Part shown: positions 54,943 to 64,000 of the stretch, in pieces
How positions within the stretch are numbered: position 1 is the stretch's first letter
Layout: each line of letters begins with the position of its first letter
Assembly (NCBI GenBank): GCA_041725955.1
Contig: JBGRQE010000011.1
Span: 348 to 64,347, forward strand
Reading direction: 5' to 3'
Length of the DNA stretch: 64,000 nucleotides
Source of the DNA: Bacteroidales bacterium
GTDB lineage: Bacteria; Bacteroidota; Bacteroidia; Bacteroidales; JBGRPZ01
Position numbers and translations under genes: made by a program
The notes under the pieces: model-generated
The model's database searches: none
What the model was told of the DNA's origin: nothing
The model's input: only the letters and a program-made list of their open reading frames with translations

Positions 54943-56370
54943 ATGGCTAGAAAAAGAAACCCATTACCCTTATTTGAAAAGGTTGAGATAATTGATGCAG
55001 GCTCAGAAGGAAAAGCTGTGGCCCGAATTGATGAAAAAGTAATTTTCATCCCATACGTTATGCCCGGAGATGTTGTTGACATCCAAGTAGTAAAAAGAAA
55101 GAAATCTTTCTTTGAAGGCAAAGCTGTAAAATTCCACAAATACTCTGATGACAGAGTTGATGCGGCATGTAAACACTTCGGACTTTGCGGAGGTTGTAAA
55201 TGGCAACATATGCCATATGAAAAACAACTCTTTTATAAGCAAAAGCAAGTGGTTGACAATGTTGAAAGAATTGGAAAGTTTGAACATCCAGGAATATCTG
55301 ATATCATTGGTTCAGAGAAGAAATTCTACTATAGAAATAAGTTAGAATTTACATTCTCCGACAGAAAGTGGTTTATTGAACCACCCAAAGATCCGGATAA
55401 TATACAAAACCCAAATGGACTTGGATTTCATCTTCCAGGAATGTTTGACCGAATTTTGGATATCGAACATTGCGTATTACAGAAAGATCCATCCAACGCT
55501 ATTCGCCTAGCACTAAAAGACTATGCAATAGCAAATAATCTGAGCTTTTATAATCCCAGAAAGAACGAAGGATTCTTGCGTAACCTTGTAATTCGAACTT
55601 CCTCTACTGGTGATTTAATGGTTATTGTGATTTTTGGATACAAAGATGAAAGAGAGAAAGATGGTGCTCTTGCTTTCTTGAAAGAAAAGTTTCCAGAAAT
55701 TACATCCCTTATGTATGTAATCAACAAAAAGCTAAACGATAGCTTCTCTGATTTAAAAATCCATTTATATAATGGAAACGACTACATAATGGAAGAAATG
55801 CAGGCTCCAATTGAAAATATGGAACCGCTAAAGTTCAAAGTTGGCCCTGTATCTTTCTACCAAACCAATTCAGCTCAGGCATACACTTTATACCAAAAGG
55901 CATTCGATTTAGCACAAATCAGTAGCGAAGATCTTGTGTACGATTTATACACAGGAACTGGTACTATAGCCAACTTTGTGGCTCGATCAGCAAAAAAAGT
56001 TATTGGAATCGAATATGTGCCTCAAGCTATTAATGATGCAAAAGAAAATTCTTCAATCAACAAGATTGACAATACGGATTTCTTTGCCGGAGATATGGTT
56101 AAGGTTTTAAATGACGACTTTATAAAGACTCATGGCCAACCTGATATAATTATCACCGACCCTCCAAGAGCAGGAATGCACGACAAAGTGGTAAAACAAA
56201 TCATAAAGGTAAAACCTCAAAAAGTGGTTTATATAAGTTGTAACCCTGCCACTCAGGCAAGAGATGTTGCTCTTATGACCGAGCACTATAAGGTGTCTAA
56301 GATTCAACCTGTTGATATGTTTCCACAAACTCATCATGTCGAAAACATAATTCTATTGGAAAGAAAATAA
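54943..56370 (+). CDS. rlmD: 23S rRNA (uracil-C5)-methyltransferase RlmD/RumA family
   Basis: 475 aa. N-terminal TRAM domain, Fe-S Cys motif CKHFGLCGGCKWQH, SAM-binding DLYTGTGT, and catalytic ITDPPRAG and YISCNPAT. Confidence 0.88.
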   Translation: MARKRNPLPLFEKVEIIDAGSEGKAVARIDEKVIFIPYVMPGDVVDIQVVKRKKSFFEGKAVKFHKYSDDRVDAACKHFGLCGGCKWQHMPYEKQLFYKQKQVVDNVERIGKFEHPGISDIIGSEKKFYYRNKLEFTFSDRKWFIEPPKDPDNIQNPNGLGFHLPGMFDRILDIEHCVLQKDPSNAIRLALKDYAIANNLSFYNPRKNEGFLRNLVIRTSSTGDLMVIVIFGYKDEREKDGALAFLKEKFPEITSLMYVINKKLNDSFSDLKIHLYNGNDYIMEEMQAPIENMEPLKFKVGPVSFYQTNSAQAYTLYQKAFDLAQISSEDLVYDLYTGTGTIANFVARSAKKVIGIEYVPQAINDAKENSSINKIDNTDFFAGDMVKVLNDDFIKTHGQPDIIITDPPRAGMHDKVVKQIIKVKPQKVVYISCNPATQARDVALMTEHYKVSKIQPVDMFPQTHHVENIILLERK

Positions 56371-56401
56371 AAAAAGGAGCCAGCATTGCTGGCTCCTTTT
56401 C
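56369..56401. terminator. Bidirectional intrinsic terminator between convergent rlmD and the giant T9SS gene
   Basis: ggagccagc (56376-56384) / gctggctcc (56388-56396), perfect 9-bp stem with a 3-nt loop, flanked by an A-run and a T-run. Confidence 0.75.
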
Positions 56402-56421
56402 ATCAGATATTTTTGTCAGAA

Positions 56422-59400
56422 CTACTTAACAGTGATCTTCTTAATCACTACCTTTTCATTCATTTCAATCTTTATTAAATATAGACCAGCTGGCTGACTT
56501 GACATATCAAGATCATGCTTGTCACTATTTACATCTTCAACATGAATCAACTGTCCTAATGCACTTACAACTTGTACACGATCAATTACTTCATTTGAAA
56601 CAATATGCAACTTATCTTCTGTTGGATTTGGATATACCATTAGGTTATCACTAACCATTAGGTCATTCATTCCTACATATCCATAAGGTGTTGCCAAGCT
56701 ATCTTTATGAGGATAAGCTGATCCTTCACACTTATCATTATGAGAAGAAATCTTAGCTACAACTCTATAATAGTACTGTGATCCAGGACCCCATAGTAGA
56801 GGCGACTTATCATCATCCTGCTCATCAAAATACATATAAGGAGCTTTTAAAGGCAAATCAAGCTCAATTTTCTTTTCTTCCTGCATAACTCCATCTATAT
56901 AATCTGTACGATAGATATCAAACTTATAACCTGAAGAAATTCCTGCAGACTCACCAGTAATATGAGCACCAATCATCCAGTTATAATTGAATCCTGAAAT
57001 AGCAGCAGTTGCATCAATTAAAGTAGAAGGTTTATCTCCTATAGTAATCATAGATCCAATACCATACTTATCATTTACCATCGGACCGGCATCAATACCT
57101 ATAGCAGGCTGATTCTCATTAATATTCAAGAAATACACAAGATAATAATAGGTGTTTTCTTTAATCTCTACAGCATCATCAAGATCCCAAACAGTATATT
57201 CTCCGTTTAAGTTAACTTCACTCATACTAATAGTTTTAGATGAAAGAGGAGCTCCACCAGGAACTTGTGCATTACCTTCGTAAATTCTTACTTCAGCAGT
57301 TGAAACACCAGCACCCAATACAGCACGAACCTTATCAAACTTAGCTCCAGCTAAATCCTTAAGTTTCTTTGGAGTATATCTTGCTCCAATAAGAACTTCT
57401 CCACTTGTTGTTGGGAAGCTATAAAAATCAGTCATAGTTTCCTGTGTAGGATGCTTAATCCACTTATTCGCTTGTCCTGATAGTGTTGCCAATGACCAAG
57501 TTAACTCAACACCATTCTTGTCATTATTTACATCCTGACTTTCATGGAATACTTTCCAGCTCAACTTATAAGGCTTTGGACACTCACGATAAATATGTAC
57601 GTTATCTATATACCATGAACGAATATTTGTGGTATTCTCTCCTTCGGCCAAGAAACGAATCTGTAGAACTTTTCCTGCAAGCATATTGGTGATCTTCATC
57701 TTCTTGCGATCTCCCCAATCAAAGCTAGCATCATTCTTATAGGTTTCTAAATCTACCCAATCTTTACCCTGGCCAATCTGTACTCTTAACTTCTCGGTTC
57801 CTGTTGGATTAGCTACGTCTAATTTAATATCATACTCTAAATAAATATCTCCAAAAACAGTACCCACACCATTAATTGGCTTAGTGGTTAGTCCTTTTGA
57901 ATAATTCATTTGCTTTGGCATAAAATCAAACTGAGAACATGGAAGGTCTTTTCCTGAATATGGATCTATTTTCCAGTTTTCACCATCACCAGTCCACAAG
58001 TGTAAATCAAAGGCACCTGTTCCCCAATCTTCAAAGAATGGCAATTCAAATCCCCATGCAAGTTCCAATACTATTGGACCTACCATTTGAGATTCACCTG
58101 TTTTTGTTGATAATCCATAAGGAGTTAAATCATAAACAGCAGTTATATAATATTCATATTCTCCTGGCTCAACTCCATCAGCAAATGCATATGGTAATCC
58201 TTCATCATCTCTTTCAATAAATACAGGATCATCATCATTGCGATATAAGTTAAATCCAATCAAATTATCTGGAATAGCTCCACTTGGATCAATAGCTCCA
58301 GTTGCATGATCAACTTTATCACCTTTAACCCAGAAACGTGGGCTGTGCCATGTCAATACATTTTCCTGATCATGTACTTTTCCATCAAATACATAAGGAG
58401 GAATTAAATAAGTACTCTTCCATGTATACTTATCAGCTTCTGATAAACCACTTGCATACTTACCTTTAACTCCGGCAGTATAAATCTGACCATAAATAAG
58501 GTTAGGGAACCACCAATGGAATTTACCAGTATCATACTCGCCTTCAAAAGGATCTTTATCTACTTCACCTTGCCAGCTATCATTTAAGCTTACTTCATAA
58601 GATTCAAAGTTTGGAGCACCATTTACAATACTTACATTATCAATAGCCCAACCTGTTGAATACTGATGATCATCCCAGTAATGGAATGCAAAGCGAACCT
58701 TGCGCTGACCATCTTTTCCATCTAATTTAATACTCTTGCCTTCATTAGGATCTTCGCTTCCATAGTTATTGAAATTAATAGGACCATTAAGAACCATATC
58801 ATCAATATCAAAACGAACACTATGCCATTCACTCTTTGAATCTACTTCACCTAACACATACCAGTTTTCTCCATTATCTATAGAGAATTCAACATATCCT
58901 CTTGAAGATTCAGCACCAGTAAAGTATTGATCAAATTCAACTCCATAATCTTCACTCTCACGAAGATCAATTTCAGGAGTAATCAAATAATCCAATGATG
59001 CATTACTATTTGATCCGTTATAATCCTCATTTACTTCTGCCCAGAAACCATCTCTCTCAGGTACTATAAATCGAGGACTTGGGAAATTATTCCAATAAGT
59101 TGCATTATCATTAGAAGCAAGGAACCATCCGCGGGTAGCTGCTGGAGACACATCAGCTATAGTATATTCATACCATCCTGCAGGAGGGAAACTAAGACCC
59201 TCAAAGTCTTCGTATAATTCAGTAATACGCGCCTTTGGCCATGTTGCTACTGAAGTTAGTGGGTCTACCACCAAACCACGTACACGATACTTCTTCTGTT
59301 GTAATGCTACATCTATCTTAAAGTTTGGCTGATAAATCTCAAATGGCATTGTTGGCTTATACTTATCAAAACCAATCTTAAAGACATTCAACATATAATC

Positions 59401-62400
59401 GCCATACTCAAACCACTTATGAGATGCTTCCTTAGGGAATTTTAATAACTCACTCTCTTTTGGGAAATAAGCTATTGATTTCTCAGGAGTATCTGTGATT
59501 TCAAAGATCTCACGGTAATGTGTTACATATGGGAAATTCAATCCGGTAAGAGTGATTTCTGTTGAATCAGCTATCATTGATCCTGGATATTCTTCCTCAT
59601 CTGAACCAAACTTAAGTTCAACATCAACAACTACATTGGATACAAGCTTATGAGGACGCATATTGTATAACTTAGTGTAAGTCCAGTCTGACTCGTCACC
59701 ATTGGTAAAGTGTGACTTTACACGATATGCATAATATCCCTGAGGAAGTGACTTCCATTGGGCATCCTTAAAATTAAGTACATTCTTCTTATTAACAAGA
59801 ACAGTCTTAGGATCTTCTTTCCAATTGGTCTTATTAGGATTTATCTTAGCTTGTACATGAATACGCTCCATGGTATAATTAACTACATCACGGCTATTTG
59901 CACGAGCAACAACTTCTGTAGGAAGTCTGTAACCTGAAGTTGACTTCATATCTCCATCAGACTTAAAGAATTTTCCTTCAGGAAGCTCTATAGTAGAAAT
60001 CTTACTAGATTTTGCTGGTGGAGTTTGTCCATCATCAGCACCTTCTACCAATGCACGAATCATCAAATCCTGTATAGAAGCAAATGTCCAGCCATTATCA
60101 TCATTACGTACATAAGACTGATAAGCGATTGGTTCGCTACGGTCTACTGCGATTGGAGCAGCATTTCCTGCTTTCTCTACCTGAGTTACTACGATAAAGA
60201 AATTCTCTGGATAACCATCCTTATCTTTTTCTAATTTAACATTAAAGATGCCATTATATTCAACCCATCCAAGATTTTTAACTTCAACAACTTTCTCTGC
60301 TTCTGGCTTAGCCTTTGGCATTCCGGTATCTTTATCAGGGAAATAAACACCTACTTTAACTTTAGTATTCAAGAAATTTGATCCCTTAGGGAAAGTTCCA
60401 TCACCTACATTAAATTTAGCTCCTGTAATTACAGTTGGATATCCCATTGGAGTAAAACGTACTGCTCCTGCTGAATTTGATCCTAAACCTATAACATGTT
60501 TCTCGGCTGTACCATCATCATAAAGCAATTCGTAAGCGCCCCATGGTAATGACCATTCTATATCACAATGGTTACCTTCCAAAAACTTATGTCCATTCTC
60601 TACCTGATCGATAGTTGCATGAATATATCCTGGAGCATAAGGCATTTCGAACATTAATACATCTACTACAGTATCATCATCATCACCTGCTGCAAATGGT
60701 CCTGCCTCATAAACTGGCTGATAACCTGGCTTAGCAAAGAATAATTCGTAATCTCCTTCATCTGCTTTTAATACATATCTGCCGTCATCGTCAGTTTCTG
60801 TAATAAATTCAATGTTTACATCTGTAACATCTACCGCTTTCACACGTACTCCGCTAAGACGTTCATTGGTATTACCATCGCGTACCTGACCAATAATTTG
60901 TTTAGGTTTATAAACAATCATTTTATGATTGATCTTAAACTCTTTATCCTCGTCATTTACACTATTGGTAATTACTGTTGTTTTTGTAGTATAAGTTCCT
61001 ACAGGCCATGCTTCTTCTCCAATATATGAAGGAGGAAGAGCGTCATACTTAAAGCGTACATATTTGGTTTCTCCTGGATAAACTTCTCCTTTTTGAGGAA
61101 CAACTTCAGAAATAAAATTCACCTCATTTTCATTTGCAAACTCAGGGAATTCGAATTTCAATAATCCTGAACCACAGTTCTTAATTGGATAATATACAAA
61201 CTCGAAAGTATTCTCCCATACGCCTTCTTCCATATCTTTTACAAAGTCGCATGCTTCAGGTGCATACCAAAATATCTCTGCTGGTCCTGCAGGAGAACTA
61301 GATTTTCCATCAGCAGTTACACAAGTAACCCAGTAATAGTATACACCATACTTATAGTTTGGAAGATCGTGCATAATAAAGTTTTCAGTAGTAGTACCTA
61401 CAACTTCACCATTACATACAACCTTATAGTGCATACTTGGATCTGATGATTTTACCCACTCAACTTTTACTACACCTTCTTTGGCATCCTTTAGAGTGGC
61501 CTTCATATCCTCTACATCAATAATGTACATAGGATCTCCGGTAATTTCCATGGTTACAGGAATAATAGATATTTTACCATTATCCCCTGTAAATTCAATC
61601 TCTGCAGTAAGCATTTCACCTGGAGTACGATTTAAAGCATCAAAGTTTACTCCAAGACTATAAAAAGAATTAGGTTCAACATTGCCACTATATTCATCTA
61701 AAGTTAGCCAGAAACGCTTAATGGGCTGAGCAAAACCTGAATATAAGGTTTCTCCCATTTTACACAATTCATTATTTCCGCCACCATCAACAAATACTTC
61801 TCTTAAATATCCCATCTTATAAGTATCATTATAATTGAAACCTATAAAGCGATCCTTTACTGGATCCCAATGGAAAGAAGTAAAATATTTAGAAGTAAAA
61901 CCAGCTTTTCCGATATATTCAGCTTCTGCTGTATAAACATCAACTTTAAATAATCTTCCGTTATGACAGAATACATAAGCAGTACCGGTTCTATCAATGG
62001 CAATACCTAATGCAATATCCGAGTTACCAATACCCAATTTACCTACAGGCTCTAATTTCATCTCTGGAATATTCCATTCATACAAAGAATCTCTGGTAAT
62101 TACATATTGCTTACGGTTCACTGGGTTTGGCGCCATATCTGTAATTTCATAGCGACCAAAATCTTCATCTGAAACCAATTGGCCCATGTATTTTTGGGTA
62201 ACAATATCATCAGAAATATCCACTTTATGACAAACACCATATCTGCTCATTGCATAATAGAAATGATCTACCCCTACAGGGAAAGATATAGCTGTAATGG
62301 TATTGGTATCAGGAAGTGAAGGAAAATCCATATACTTCTTCAATTGAGGAGCATAGGCTTCAGAAACAGTTCCGAAACTACTATATGCAAAATACTCTGA

Positions 62401-63534
62401 AGCATGAATTCCATATTCCTCTGCGCGGTTCATTGATGGAGAAGCCTGAGAAGAATTAGCTTTCTTTACATTAGGAGCAGGAGATAAGCCATTTTTAAGG
62501 ATAGCTTCATAAGACTCAACTTCTTCAGGATTATACTCTGGAGAAATCTGAGCTTTTACACCACGTCCATCATTATTTATAAATCTAATTTTTGCTTTCC
62601 ATCCAAAAGGACCTACACCTGTATTATTAATAGTCAATTCTGAGGTTCTATACTCATTAGGAAACATTGTTTCATAAAGTTTCCCCGGAGTAATAGATGC
62701 TGCAGGCAGATCAATTTTAAAATCTACAACTACTTCCTCATCGTAATCAACAAAAAACTTTTTTACTTCTTTACTGTAACCATTTTTATTACATGAAAGA
62801 GTGTGCATTTTATTAGAAGGAACGTCTGTTATTTCATAAGTACCATCAGATGCAGTCAGTGCTAAATCAAAATTACTTTCAGAAATAATTGCATTTTCAA
62901 TTGGTACACCACTATAGTCAGTTACCGTTCCAGTAATTTTACCATAATGCATATCCAATCCATGGAATTTTAATGCCATTCTCTTCTTAGGAGTATCACC
63001 CCAAGCGCTATAGATGGGATCATAAGGTCCATATTTGGAAATTGCAGTGTTTTCAGGAGAAACCGCAGTAGTCCCCCATTGAATATAATAAGTCCCATTT
63101 TGAATGGTTCCCGCTCTATTTACGCATATCACTACATTCTTAGTTCCACTAACATTAAAATTAGCTTTATTGAAAGGGATATCAACCCATCCACTCTGAT
63201 CAGACAAGACTGAAAAAGGTCCTTCATAGGTTAAAGTACCATCAGCGATTAGATCTGTAGGAATTTCATTTCCATCAATTTCCTTAACATAAACTCGTAT
63301 GTTATCAAAAGTAGAGGTATAACCTCCTTTATAATACAAAGAAATACCAGTAAGTTCTCCTGAACCAATTTCTTCTACAGTATACAATGCTTGCTTGAAT
63401 GAAGAATTGTAATAGGAAGTGCTACGGAGAGGATAATAATCATATCCACCTCCAAAACTAATTTCCGTGTCTGAATAAGAAAAATGGGTCAAAAGCATTA
63501 ACACTCCAAATAAGAGTAATTTCAACTTTTTCAT
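56422..63534 (-). CDS. Giant (2370-aa) secreted multidomain cell-surface protein with a T9SS C-terminal sorting domain; no catalytic domain recognised
   Basis: Signal peptide MKKLKLLLFGVLMLLTHFSYS. Two carboxypeptidase-regulatory-like domains (GKITGTVTDYSGVPIENAII... at about aa 198-275; IIGQVRDGNTNERLSGVRVKAV...). At least two choice-of-anchor-J / MAM-like modules (EDFEGLSFPPAGWYEY...WAIDNVSI ; FFEDWGTGAFDLHLW...WYIDNVHIY). Ig/Fn3-like segments. The C-terminus VYPNPTEDKLHIV...AGLYLIKIEMNEKVVIKKITVK is a type A T9SS CTD. Confidence 0.85.
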   Translation of the reverse strand: MKKLKLLLFGVLMLLTHFSYSDTEISFGGGYDYYPLRSTSYYNSSFKQALYTVEEIGSGELTGISLYYKGGYTSTFDNIRVYVKEIDGNEIPTDLIADGTLTYEGPFSVLSDQSGWVDIPFNKANFNVSGTKNVVICVNRAGTIQNGTYYIQWGTTAVSPENTAISKYGPYDPIYSAWGDTPKKRMALKFHGLDMHYGKITGTVTDYSGVPIENAIISESNFDLALTASDGTYEITDVPSNKMHTLSCNKNGYSKEVKKFFVDYDEEVVVDFKIDLPAASITPGKLYETMFPNEYRTSELTINNTGVGPFGWKAKIRFINNDGRGVKAQISPEYNPEEVESYEAILKNGLSPAPNVKKANSSQASPSMNRAEEYGIHASEYFAYSSFGTVSEAYAPQLKKYMDFPSLPDTNTITAISFPVGVDHFYYAMSRYGVCHKVDISDDIVTQKYMGQLVSDEDFGRYEITDMAPNPVNRKQYVITRDSLYEWNIPEMKLEPVGKLGIGNSDIALGIAIDRTGTAYVFCHNGRLFKVDVYTAEAEYIGKAGFTSKYFTSFHWDPVKDRFIGFNYNDTYKMGYLREVFVDGGGNNELCKMGETLYSGFAQPIKRFWLTLDEYSGNVEPNSFYSLGVNFDALNRTPGEMLTAEIEFTGDNGKISIIPVTMEITGDPMYIIDVEDMKATLKDAKEGVVKVEWVKSSDPSMHYKVVCNGEVVGTTTENFIMHDLPNYKYGVYYYWVTCVTADGKSSSPAGPAEIFWYAPEACDFVKDMEEGVWENTFEFVYYPIKNCGSGLLKFEFPEFANENEVNFISEVVPQKGEVYPGETKYVRFKYDALPPSYIGEEAWPVGTYTTKTTVITNSVNDEDKEFKINHKMIVYKPKQIIGQVRDGNTNERLSGVRVKAVDVTDVNIEFITETDDDGRYVLKADEGDYELFFAKPGYQPVYEAGPFAAGDDDDTVVDVLMFEMPYAPGYIHATIDQVENGHKFLEGNHCDIEWSLPWGAYELLYDDGTAEKHVIGLGSNSAGAVRFTPMGYPTVITGAKFNVGDGTFPKGSNFLNTKVKVGVYFPDKDTGMPKAKPEAEKVVEVKNLGWVEYNGIFNVKLEKDKDGYPENFFIVVTQVEKAGNAAPIAVDRSEPIAYQSYVRNDDNGWTFASIQDLMIRALVEGADDGQTPPAKSSKISTIELPEGKFFKSDGDMKSTSGYRLPTEVVARANSRDVVNYTMERIHVQAKINPNKTNWKEDPKTVLVNKKNVLNFKDAQWKSLPQGYYAYRVKSHFTNGDESDWTYTKLYNMRPHKLVSNVVVDVELKFGSDEEEYPGSMIADSTEITLTGLNFPYVTHYREIFEITDTPEKSIAYFPKESELLKFPKEASHKWFEYGDYMLNVFKIGFDKYKPTMPFEIYQPNFKIDVALQQKKYRVRGLVVDPLTSVATWPKARITELYEDFEGLSFPPAGWYEYTIADVSPAATRGWFLASNDNATYWNNFPSPRFIVPERDGFWAEVNEDYNGSNSNASLDYLITPEIDLRESEDYGVEFDQYFTGAESSRGYVEFSIDNGENWYVLGEVDSKSEWHSVRFDIDDMVLNGPINFNNYGSEDPNEGKSIKLDGKDGQRKVRFAFHYWDDHQYSTGWAIDNVSIVNGAPNFESYEVSLNDSWQGEVDKDPFEGEYDTGKFHWWFPNLIYGQIYTAGVKGKYASGLSEADKYTWKSTYLIPPYVFDGKVHDQENVLTWHSPRFWVKGDKVDHATGAIDPSGAIPDNLIGFNLYRNDDDPVFIERDDEGLPYAFADGVEPGEYEYYITAVYDLTPYGLSTKTGESQMVGPIVLELAWGFELPFFEDWGTGAFDLHLWTGDGENWKIDPYSGKDLPCSQFDFMPKQMNYSKGLTTKPINGVGTVFGDIYLEYDIKLDVANPTGTEKLRVQIGQGKDWVDLETYKNDASFDWGDRKKMKITNMLAGKVLQIRFLAEGENTTNIRSWYIDNVHIYRECPKPYKLSWKVFHESQDVNNDKNGVELTWSLATLSGQANKWIKHPTQETMTDFYSFPTTSGEVLIGARYTPKKLKDLAGAKFDKVRAVLGAGVSTAEVRIYEGNAQVPGGAPLSSKTISMSEVNLNGEYTVWDLDDAVEIKENTYYYLVYFLNINENQPAIGIDAGPMVNDKYGIGSMITIGDKPSTLIDATAAISGFNYNWMIGAHITGESAGISSGYKFDIYRTDYIDGVMQEEKKIELDLPLKAPYMYFDEQDDDKSPLLWGPGSQYYYRVVAKISSHNDKCEGSAYPHKDSLATPYGYVGMNDLMVSDNLMVYPNPTEDKLHIVSNEVIDRVQVVSALGQLIHVEDVNSDKHDLDMSSQPAGLYLIKIEMNEKVVIKKITVK

Positions 63535-63778
63535 CTTAACATTTTTGATTAATTATAATAGCATATAATACTTCAAAGAATCTTAGACAACATAGCATCT
63601 AAGAAATTAAAAGTACAAATCAACGATTGTAAGATTTTAATCTTAAAAACTTTCTGAATAATAAAGGCTGTTTTTTAGCTCTAATAAAATCTTAATAATC
63701 AATAGCTTTAGTAATGTGAAAATCCCAATCTCACATTATATTTAGGTTTGCTTAAAAACTATACTTTAAACTTCTGAC

Positions 63779-63809
63779 CAAATATAGAAAATAAATCCAG
63801 TAATCCAAA
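63779..63809 (-). promoter_or_regulatory. Full Bacteroidetes-type promoter TTTG-N19-TATATTTG (minus strand), ~245 nt upstream of the giant ORF
   Basis: The + strand shows CAAATATA at 63779-63786 and CAAA at 63806-63809, with a 19-bp spacer. No other TAnnTTTG match lies between it and the ATG at 63534. Confidence 0.5.
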
Positions 63810-64000
63810 ATATATATCTCTTCTCATTTCTAATATATTTCACTAGACTCACCGGTTTTATTTCCACTTTTTTATACATTTCCATAAAGGCACTAGATAT
63901 CTTTTTTACCCATTTGCAAAAAATACAAGAAAATTAACTGTTATTACGTTTTCATTTCACTGAAATAAAAGCCTAAAAACAAAACTATTAAAGAAAGATG

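Noticed and set aside
54774-55139. 121-aa minus-strand ORF spanning the nnr-rlmD divergent spacer
   Set aside because: It overlaps both promoter boxes (54794-54801, 54914-54921) and the first ~65 codons of rlmD. It has no recognisable motif.

Overview
AT-rich (about one-third G+C by eye) chromosomal segment. Gene content, synteny and promoter motifs all point to a Bacteroidota genome, probably an anaerobic or facultative member. The evidence is porQ plus two very large proteins with T9SS C-terminal sorting domains, parA-parB-DUF5683-dapB-lepB-lepB, ftsK-lolA, recF-DUF721, long-form nusB, a ~750-aa aconitase, and TAnnTTTG -7 boxes. I call 44 protein-coding genes. I found no rRNA, tRNA, CRISPR array, transposase, integrase or phage genes, so this looks like core chromosome rather than an island. 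All protein calls come from motif and family recall on the supplied translations; no database search was possible. Four things stand out. (1) A 22-bp-period minisatellite family with a CACCWWGGTG-type core fills three separate intergenic spacers (about 14.95-15.18 kb, 32.9-33.2 kb, 52.95-53.26 kb). I do not recognise it as a described element. (2) A nitrosative-stress locus holds an Rrf2 regulator and hcp. hcp is followed, operon-like, by a cytoplasmic DUF1858/SBP-like protein, a G3E-type metallochaperone-like GTPase, a permease-less ABC ATPase, a Zn-ribbon protein and a PepSY-TM protein. This may be an uncharacterised metallocentre maturation or repair module. (3) Two giant T9SS cargo proteins are present: a 1476-aa CotH protein with four lamin-tail domains, and a 2370-aa multidomain protein with no recognisable catalytic domain. 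(4) Two enzyme-fold proteins lack their canonical catalytic residues: a PI-PLC-X-like lipoprotein and an alpha/beta hydrolase.
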